From Antedon mediterranea (taxonomy: Eukaryota; Animalia; Echinodermata), in NCBI RefSeq assembly GCF_964355755.1, contig NC_092679.1, forward strand, positions 13,375,432 to 13,439,431: a stretch of 64,000 nt of DNA, in the 5' to 3' direction. Positions 55,201 to 64,000 of the stretch are shown here, one piece after another (position 1 is the first letter of the stretch; each line of letters begins with the position of its first letter). The notes under the pieces were generated by a model. The model worked only from the letters and a program-made list of their open reading frames with translations, made no database searches and was not told the DNA's origin. The translations under genes were made by a program, and so were the position numbers.

Positions 55201-56245
55201 GGAAGAGAGTCGAAATGGGAATTTTGTAAACTCGAACTGGGCATGCAAACATATAGTATGTACGATGTATGCAGACAGTAATCTGTAGACCTATGTTAAA
55301 TAGATTGTCAATACAAAGCATTATTTAATGAAGATCAATAATTAAAACTGTCAAACAAAAATTCGAGCATCATTTTTTTGTAAGAAATATTTTTTTTTAT
55401 ATCCCATACACTACTTTTATTCAATTTTCTTAAAATGTAACAGCTGTTTGTTTCTTGTTTCAAGGGCTACGAAGGTGCCAAACAAGTGCTTGACATTTTA
55501 AAGGATGAGGTGGAGAAAACGATGGCTTTAATGGGTAATTAATTAATAATTTTGAAAACAGCTTCAAACAATGTTAACAGAAGAAATATGGTCGATCATA
55601 ATAACAAAAAAAGTTTTGGGAAATTAGTTCCATGTACAGCACTAATCATCTTAATCATAGTAATTACGGTTCCACTGTCTTAACCGCTCGGCCACTCACT
55701 CTCATAATCATCACCACCACAATTTTTTGTTTTTAATATTACTCTTTAAACGTACATTTTTCTTACATAAAACAACACAAATTCGAAAAGTTTTTATTCT
55801 AGAACTATAGGACAACCACTTATGCTATCTTATTTTTTTTTATTTAATCAAATGACGTCATGATCAATAGGAACAATAAAGTTGTTGCATAGTCACGTTA
55901 ATATGCTCTTTCTAACCATGACGTCATTTGATTAAACTTGTGAAAATATTACTTTCATTACTGGCAGCATTAATGGTTATCTTATAATTCTAGTATGAAA
56001 CTTGTTTCGATGTCATTATGTAAGAAATGCATATCTTGGTTATCGATGATCGTTATCATCTAAGTATAATGTGTCTTTAATTCTACTGTAGTCAATACGA
56101 AATACCAAATACCGGTATATGGCAGCATAAAAACCGCAAGGTGTGAGATATGTTTTTCTTTTCTTTTTTAGGATGTAGAAATGTTAACGAAATAGAACCG
56201 TCTATGGTGGTACATCAAGATTACTACAGGCAGCAAGCATTGTGA
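44543..56245 (+). CDS. FMN-dependent (S)-2-hydroxy-acid oxidase / glycolate oxidase family (HAO-like), paralogue A, ~363 aa, 8 exons
   Basis: Exons 44543-44691, 47815-47969, 51389-51656, 53581-53702, 54416-54507, 54648-54809, 55465-55534, 56172-56245 (1092 nt). Motifs: [62 protein letters not shown]. Confidence 0.92.
45658..46961. mobile_element. 1.3-kb non-autonomous P-superfamily-like DNA transposon in HAO-A intron 1
   Basis: 34-bp perfect TIR CATGGATTAAAGAATAGAAGGATATGCATCGACG / CGTCGATGCATATCCTTCTATTCTTTAATCCATG. 7-bp TSD GACCAAT at 45651-45657 and 46962-46968. CA..TG termini with a 7-8 bp TSD are typical of the P superfamily. Confidence 0.85.
48005..51027. mobile_element. ~3.0-kb non-autonomous foldback DNA transposon (Academ-like) in HAO-A intron 2
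   Basis: Termini TAGGCTAGTCAATCTAGCA ... TGCTAGATTGACTAGCCTA, with a 3-bp TSD AAC at 48002-48004 and 51028-51030. The inverted arms are >1 kb, built of ~345-bp tandem units carrying aatatgcaaattag and aaatcacacct. Confidence 0.85.
51790..52025 (+). mobile_element. LINE (Rex1/Babar/L2-like) RT C-terminal remnant
   Basis: ORF 51834-52025 [39 protein letters not shown] fits the 'I..D..HPL......SG.R.R......R...SF' LINE RT tail. Confidence 0.65.
52044..52086 (+). ncRNA. Minimal type-I hammerhead ribozyme motif (Penelope-like/retrozyme type)
   Basis: attgca-CTGATGA-a-gggc-tagtgtt-gctc-GAAA-gc-TC^-tgctaa. It has the core CUGAUGA and GAAA, stem II GGGC/GCUC, a palindromic mini stem III (AGCT), a UC cleavage site at 52080, and a short stem I GCA/UGC. 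It lies just after a (TA)n run. Confidence 0.7.
52212..52282. repeat. (TA)n microsatellite
   Basis: About 70 bp of perfect TA repeat. Shorter TA runs at 52029-52041 and 52638-52650. Confidence 0.95.
52394..52465 (-). tRNA. tRNA-like gene/pseudogene, anticodon ATC (Asp-like), embedded in a (TA)n-flanked repeat
   Basis: Minus strand GCCCCAGTGGTCTAATGGTTAGGGCAACTGCATATCAAGCAGACGGTCCGAGTTCGAGTCTTGATTGGGGCG. Acceptor stem GCCCCAG/TTGGGGC, A box TGGTCTAATGG, B box GAGTTCGAGTC, anticodon stem CTGC/GCAG, followed by TTTTT. There are several G-U pairs and mismatches, so it is probably repeat-borne. Confidence 0.6.
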
Positions 56246-56810
56246 TTTTTTTTTTCTTATACTGTAATTGAAAATGTCAAGATTACTATTCAGAATTGGG
56301 AAGTTAATTCAGCGGAATTGGTGCCAGAGTGTTAAACAATCAATTAACACAACCTAGGTGCAATTGCTAAATGATATACAATAGAGAAAAATGTTGAATA
56401 AAGACGGTCGGCATAATATGGTTCTATTTTGTTTATCTTCATAATTGGTTATAAAAAAAATATATATTATATACAGACAATAGTACCTCATTAGTATAGA
56501 ATCATAATAAAACGCTAAGTTCTTATACGTTATATGTTATTGTGTATCATTCATTTGCTAATGAAAGACCTAATATAAATCAGAAGTTTAGAGAATCACC
56601 GGATGATTACAGTTTCTCTATAAATAATGTTATTATATGACATAGCTGTAAATGAACTTATTTCATTATTCACATTTTGCATTTACAAATCATGCATTTT
56701 GGAAAAATTATAAAAAACGAAAAAAACATAAAGTGATATGGAATGTGTTTGCATTTGTATTGATACTAATGAATACAAATGCAATTTTATGAAAGCAGAC
56801 AAAAAATGTA

Positions 56811-56998
56811 ACAGGGCCAACAGCCATAAGTCGCGTGCTAAAACGCATAGTGATACCGGACCGACAGACAGACCGACAGACCGACCGACAGACAGACCGA
56901 CAGACCAACCGACCGACTGACCGACAGACAGACCGACAGACAGACCGACCGACCGACCGACATAGTGAACTATAGAGTCGCGTCCACGCGACTAAAAA
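56811..56998 (+). mobile_element. Short (internally deleted) copy of the same DINE/HINE-like element
   Basis: Same 5' (gggccaacagccataagtcgcgtg) and 3' (gacatagtgaactatagagtcgcgtccacgcgactaaaaa) ends, with a single GACA/GACC block. Confidence 0.75.
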
Positions 56999-58549
56999 CT
57001 AGCATTTTAGAGAACTTACTTTAATTTTATTTCATTCACTGTTTTTTATATGCAATATTTTCATTTATTTGTACAATTTTAAATATACAATATGTATAAT
57101 GTATTTTTTCACTAATATTATTTTGTATAAATGGTTCTATTATAGCTTCATCTGTGTGGAGTCTATTTACCTTTATGCCAAATATTTATCTATATCGGTT
57201 TAAGAATGACAGAATTACCGTATTTATACTATTATACATTGGTTTGTAAATGAATACCGTACGTTCATAAATAAAGACATAAAGTCATGTTAATGAAAAT
57301 GAGAAGAAATTACAATAAAGGAGGGTAATTCCCACGAAAGATAAAACAAATGTTATTATATGATATTTATTCAATCAGTGTAAAATATAATATTTAAATA
57401 ATAAGCCTTCAAATTTCCATACGGAACTTAAACTAGACGGATAACTAATTCTGTTAGTGGCAAGTCTTTTAAATGTTAGCGAAAATAGATAAATAAGATA
57501 CAAATCCTGTCACAGTTTTCTTAAAAGAAGAAACAATAAAACAAACACAAAACAATACAAAAAACTTAATTTTATTCAAATTGTCATGATCGTGTGCAGT
57601 AATTATATAGAAAGAAAAGGTTGTTCAAATTTTTAAGAAGAGGAGCCTACAAAATTTCAAAGCTAACAATTATTTGGAGAGAGACAAAAACAATTCAGGT
57701 TACTCCGCACACAGGCCATCTCAATCTTCCTGTATGCATGCGAGTACTGGACATTACACAAAGAATCTATACGATATGGAAAATAGATAAATAGAACCCG
57801 TATAACTATACCGTGTATCATAAGGCAATACACAGTGATTGTCATCAGACAAGCGATAGACCCATATGATATTTCATAACCACGGTAAAAAAGGACAAAG
57901 TTAAATGGTATTATGGCAGAAGCAGAAAAAGAGGCAGACACCATACGCCGAATGGACGAGTTTCTGGCTATATGCAGAATATGCATAATACAGTTTAATC
58001 GTTTTTTGTATCATTCTATCCAGTTCAAACTTTCAAAGAGGTACAAGACGCAAACACTGTCGGCAAGTGCGACACAAAGGGAAAACGTGCATTTCTAATC
58101 TCTTTGGTTGTTGTCTCATATCCACATAGTTGTACCATGGAGGAAATATTTCTTCCATGGTTGTACAGTATTTCTACTTTGCGCTTGGGATTATTCCATT
58201 TTAGTTATACATTTTACTTACTGAATAAATGAATAAATAAATAAATTGTTATTGTGATACAGACAACACTGTACTTGCATTCATCACATAATAATAATGT
58301 ACTAATACTGTACATTTAATGCTATTAGAAATTATTTTGTATAAGTTAATGTAATACTGTACATTCAATCTTAGACGTATACTTTTTAGTTGTATCACCC
58401 TCATGGTTAATTTCTGCAATCAATGTTTACGATCTTTGGTGAAATTTAATTAAGAGACCCGTAACAAGTTGAGAAAATAAATATATTCAATCCTAAGCAG
58501 CCTTTTTGTACAGAAGTTGAAATTTAAAGCCTTTGATTTTTAAGGTACA

Positions 58550-61500
58550 ATGAATCCAATTCACGACAAAGACCATGTTTGTTTAGACGATTTCCAAAAA
58601 GTTGCAGGTGAACGGTTACAAAGTTCATCATTCAACTATTTTGCAGACGGCTGTAACGAACAGTTTACATTGAAGGAAAACCGAGAGGCGTTTAAAAGGT
58701 TTGTAAGGCTAGAAATATTGTCTTCATTAATAGCAAGAAGCTATAGTTATCTGAGTAGGTTATGTTAAATACAGTAGTGCATGGTAGAAGGGAACTTCAG
58801 TTGTAAGTACTTTTACTTATATTACATATCTTTATTTGTTTAAAGTCTATTCTTAAATAGATGATTATGATATTAATTATACAAAGAGAGTCGCTCATGA
58901 TCAGTAGTGCGAGGTTCACCCGGTTCTGTTTTTCCTTCATTTGGTTTGATGGTTTATAAAACAAACAATAAAGTAAAGGGGAATTCCCATCTATCAATGG
59001 AGTGTGTCATATTATAGTATTATTATGTACATTATTTAGTTTAATTTGTTTATACATGTCTTTTAATTGTAAAATTTGTCAACATATTTCAAGCTGTATA
59101 CTGTATTCAAATTGTTTACAGATACCGCTTGCGACCGAAGCTTCTTCGATATGTATCCAATATAGATTTAAGCACAACGATACTAGGTGAGCCTATCTCT
59201 TGGCCAGTCGGTTTATCACCAACAGCTTTTCACAGATTGGCTGATTTTCAAGAAGGTGAAGTTGCAACTACTAGAGGTAACTTACAATATTATTAAAATA
59301 CAATATATACGGATCGCTCAATAATAAGATGTATAGCACGTATAAGCATGACCTATGGTTTTGAAATATTTGTTTTGAAACATAAAAAACACCGAAAATT
59401 GCAGTAATTCAGGTTTAAAGTCAGTATTGACTCTTTTGAGCACAATACAGTAGCTCATCCGTATTGTGTTTCAATATTTAGATCTATGCGGACTGAATTG
59501 GACTCTTTATTTTTCAAGTCCGTTAGATTTTGCCTGCGATTTTCAAACTATAGACTAGCATCAGATAGTAAATACGTCTAGTAACTAGCTTTGCTCCTGC
59601 TAATTATTGCACCTTTTGTGTTTGGCCTACCCCTGTAAAATTCAAGGCTACGGGCGTTCAATATTTTGATTTCTTTTGATTCATACAAGTTTGTTTCTCT
59701 TGTTAATACAAAGACAATTTATATTTTGCCAAACAGGCCTAATAAAATTATGTATACCAGTATATTTTCAAATATCAATTTAATAAAGAAAATATAAATT
59801 TTGATTGAAATAATTTATATGATTTGTCATCAAAGTTTATTTTTTTGGAACAATATCAGAGTATAAATTACTAATATACAGATTTGAGTTCTAGTTGCCT
59901 GACCATATTGAATGTATCTTCAGGCAAGATGCTTTACTCCCATTGCATCGTCCTTCGGATGGGACGTAAAGTCGTTGGTGGTCCCGTGTATATAATGTAA
60001 GTGTATGTTAAAGAACTTGGTTCACTATGCGAACAAGAGTAGAGGATCGTCTGCCGGTGTGCTGATCTGGCAGGCGCTGCACTGCTGGCTGCCGTGGGTT
60101 CGCAGAAGACCTAATCGAAATTTCCTCAGTTTCCAGTTAAGCTTGATGACGATAATAATAACCTTACGATTCGATATTATTTATTTCATTTAAACAACAT
60201 GGTATAAATTGTGGTTACCTTTATTATTCGATGAAATTAACACGTCTTGAAAGGAATACAAATTGATTGAAGTTTAACAATAACAATATGTGTCTATAGG
60301 CCTATACAAAAATAAAAACATTAAGACATTTTACAAAAGAAAAAGAAGGGAAAAAACATAAGTTTACACGCACATCCAAAGTGTTTTGGAATGCGCGTAA
60401 ACGTACAACATACTGATATTTGCACAAACTATTCAGTTCGCGAAATAAAAAAGAGTTTACCCTTTTTGGAAAAGTCAGTTATTTTCAACATAATTCTGTG
60501 ACAGGGGTCTTTGATTTTTACGAAGAAATCCTTGCACAGTCGAACACAGGGTAGATAACACAAGGAAGATACAGGTTTCAGAATAAGTAGCTTGTTGGAA
60601 AATACATTTAAAGGCCCTTCTGACTCTGTTGCTTTGTAATATTGGATCCTCAAAAAGAGGCCGCATATTCGAAATTGGTTTAATGATTAAAAGAACAAAC
60701 TATATACATTTTTTGTCTGTAGCTGCTGCTTCTGTTGGGTCTGTAATGGCACTAAGCTGCGTGTCAACACGTACAATAGAAGAAATAGCAGCCGTGACAC
60801 CTCAAGGTGTTCGATGGATGCAGGTGCAATTCTTTAAGCCGCGACAACAACTTGAGAATCTAATTGAACGGGCTGAAAAGGCTGGATACACAGCGTTAGT
60901 TGTGACTGTTGATCAACCATTTCCTGGAAAGAAATACAGAACGACGAAAGACAGAAACGCATCATTATTTACATTTACTGGCCATGCAAAGTTAGTACTT
61001 TATAATTATTATTATATCAGTATATAAGTAATATCCAAGGTAAAAATCCTCAGTAGAATCCTGTTGTGACGAGTTTAATCCATTGGGTTCCGGGTCATTC
61101 CTGAGTGATGGAATGGAGGAATCCTTTTACTGAACCAAATTGTTAAAACTCATTTGGCAACCATTTACATTGTTGTATCCCACATTCATTTGTACTCAAG
61201 TTTAGCTAAATGATAATCTATTGTAAATAACCGTATACCTAAATTAATTAACATTTACAATTTCGTTCTCATTTGCAATGTGATATATATTTTTAGTCCA
61301 GTTAATATAGACATAACTACGTGCAAGTTTGACAACACAGCAACCTGGCAAGATATCAAATGGCTGAAATCTTTCACAAAATTACCATTGGTTCTTAAAG
61401 GCATAACAACTGGTAAGTTGTTTAAAACCACAATAATAATCTCTGAAACTAATTGCACAACGGGTTTTATGCCTATGTATCATTATTAATTGCTTTGTTC

Positions 61501-62797
61501 ATATCATCATAACCTCGCGCTCCGTAGTTTTCTTGACTTATTGGTTTTTTTTTGTAGGTGACCAAGCCAAAAATGCAATTGAATGTGGAGCTGATGCCAT
61601 ATTGGTATCTAATCACGGCGGACGACAACTAGATTATCTTCCAGCAACTGTACGTAAAAATAAACCAATCAATCAATAAAATAAAGATATATTTTCCCTA
61701 GCGGAAAAATGCAATCTTAATGTAATGTCATTTACATTGACCAAAAAACCCCGATTATTTTCAAACAACTGTAATTTAAAGCAAAAAAATATTGACATTT
61801 TCTGTCCAAAAATGTTTTATTTTGTTCGTTTAGTTTACATTCAACGTTTTATCTGATTTGATACTAGATTGATGCCTTACCTGAGGTTGTTGCTGCTGTT
61901 AAAGGTTCTGGTGTTGAGGTTTACATGGATGGTGGTGTAAGACATGGAACTGATGTTTTCAAGGCATTGGCCCGTGGAGCGAGAGCTGTTTTTATTGGTA
62001 GACCAATCATATGGGGCTTGACGTGTAAAGTATGTTAACCAGGAAGAGTGTAATTTCACTTTTTCCTTGACGACTTATTGCCGCGATGTTTGAGTGTTGG
62101 CCATGAAGACTGAAGACTGTCCATGACGATTGGATTGTTCCCATGACAATAACGCGGCATAAGCTATTTGCACTGTAGTAGCCAAATGTAATTTATAACG
62201 CACACTGAGCCTACTGTAGACCCGATGCCGACCTTTCGTTGTTTTGTTTACGATTTGATCTAGTTTTCCTTGTGTGGAGTAAATATTTAACGTTTAAAAT
62301 TATAATATGGTAAACTTGTTTAGCCTTAAAACATAGATATATATAATATTAAAAACCTTACTTTAAACGTATAACATTTAGCGCCATCAATGATGTATTA
62401 TGAATATTGTGATTGTTGACGTGATATTTTATGGTTTACCATGACGTTGAGGATTGATCATTTAACCTTTAAAATTCAACTACTGTTTGTTTCTTGTTTC
62501 AAGGGATACGAAGGTGCCAAACAAGTGCTTGACATTTTGAAGGATGAGGTGGAGAAGACGATGGCTTTAATGGGTAAGAATTGTGCGTTAATTACTACAG
62601 CATAAGAGTTGTTGGAAATTAGTGCATGAGGTAAAACCTCCATGGTTAGTGTGTATTGCACTATTATTCTGTAATGTATTATATTAAACCTTATAACACA
62701 GTTCTGATATTTCTTTTTAGGATGTACAAATATCAACGAAATAGAACAATCTATGGTGGTGCATCAAGATTACTACAGGCAGCCAACAGTGTTATGA
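58550..62797 (+). CDS. FMN-dependent 2-hydroxy-acid oxidase (HAO-like), paralogue B, ~362 aa, 8 exons
   Basis: Exons 58550-58698, 59122-59276, 60723-60990, 61297-61412, 61558-61649, 61868-62029, 62504-62573, 62721-62797 (1089 nt). Same exon sizes and phases as paralogue A except exon 4 (-6 nt) and exon 8 (+3 nt). Same FMN and catalytic motifs ([17 protein letters not shown]). Confidence 0.92.
59882..60190 (+). mobile_element. DeuSINE-like element in HAO-B intron 2
   Basis: ggcaagatgctttactcc..tcggatgggacgtaaag..ggtcccgtg..gttaaagaac..cactatgcgaacaagagtagagg..ccggtgtgctg resembles the Deu-domain consensus as I recall it. Confidence 0.55.
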
Positions 62798-64000
62798 TAA
62801 TAATTTTTCATACATTCTCATCATTTATAGTAAATGTGGCGGTATCTAATTTTACTTATATAGGAGGAGTGGTACCAAGTATAATAACAGACATCTACGT
62901 CCACAGGCGTTCAAACTGTTTCGCTAATGAATTTAAATATGAATCAGAAGTTATAATATAACAGCACCATTATTATATGACATTTGTTCAATTTAAGATA
63001 TAAAATAAGTTACTGTAATGTCACAGTGGCGAGTTTCTCCTTGCTGATGAATGTGAGCGAAATTTATTATTAATTCGTAAACCACTACCGTAATTTATTA
63101 GGATATGTCAATACATAATTCAGTTTCTGTATGCAAGATATGTTGAGCCATTGTGACTGTTTTTTTTCTTATTATTCCTTCATCCATATGGTTGTATTTT
63201 CTATTTACGCCGTTTTTCGCACTCTACTAGATTGCGCTTGCGATTATTCCATTTTAGTTATAGGTGATATTTTCTTTACTTACTGAATAAATCAATTGTT
63301 AAATGTGTAAACTTTGAATTCAACTTAATACATTTAACATTGTGAAATGGCGTGTATAATGTTATATTTTTATTCCGACACTTGGATTTTTTTATACAAC
63401 TGTGATGGCGCTAGTTACAATCCATGCGTCAATAAAATGACGTAGGCCTAAATGCATAAATGGCATAAATACGGAGAAAGATGAGTACTTGGGTTCCATT
63501 TTGGGTACGGGGGACAAGTATTATGTTATGATATTGTAGTAACAAGCCAGTTGTGTAAAGATAAAGTAATTTAACTGATTGTCGATAAATTTGTTTTGTC
63601 GTCAGCAGAAGCTTATTGACAGACAAGGGAGATATAAAACTAGTGTTTATAAATACGTCCGCAATCAATGTTTACGACCTTCGGCGGTGCATTTAGGCCC
63701 TATTCAAAAGCCGTAACAACCGGAGATAAGACAAATAATAATCACGACCCATTTCATTTGAACGGTTACACCAAGGCATTAAGGCAATCTAACAACAGGA
63801 CAGACACAGGGCTTGCCTTGCCAAACTAGCAAATCGTAAAGACAATAAATTCCACCAACATACTCTATGTGTACTATAGGCTGAGCGTGTAACTGGTCGT
63901 GTCGCAGCCACATATGAACCCTTTGATCTGCGGGAGATTCAGGTTATTTTCATGATTTCTACTATTTCTCTTTACATAACCGATTTTAATTTAGTTTTTT

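Noticed and set aside
63043-63065. CTGATGA...GAAA second hammerhead candidate
   Set aside because: The intervening ATGTGAGC cannot form stem II, and there is no convincing stem I or III.

Overview
AT-rich, intron-containing animal genomic DNA. It is probably from a marine invertebrate deuterostome; this is inferred from the repeat content and not proven. Four spliced protein genes can be reconstructed by eye from GT-AG boundaries, and each keeps frame. They are a 9-exon Dispatched/Patched-family (RND, sterol-sensing domain) membrane protein (minus, 496-8577), a 19-exon KIF6 kinesin-9 (minus, 18855-37204), and two tandem 8-exon FMN-dependent 2-hydroxy-acid oxidase (HAO-like) paralogues (plus, 44543-56245 and 58550-62797). 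A third copy of the HAO upstream block sits near the window end. Introns and intergenic DNA are full of mobile elements: a 5S-rRNA-headed SINE, Deu/Nin-like SINEs, DINE/HINE-like elements, many MITEs, a 3-kb Academ-like foldback, a 1.3-kb P-like element and LINE 3' ends. The most unusual observations are (i) four or more tiny CA..TG hairpins with 7-bp target duplications that look like P-superfamily excision footprints, one with an empty site in the paralogous region, (ii) a (TA)n-embedded cluster with a minimal hammerhead ribozyme and a tRNA-like gene reading ATC, and (iii) HAO paralogues with substituted substrate-binding residues and no canonical PTS1. All coordinates were read by eye and may be off by a few bases.
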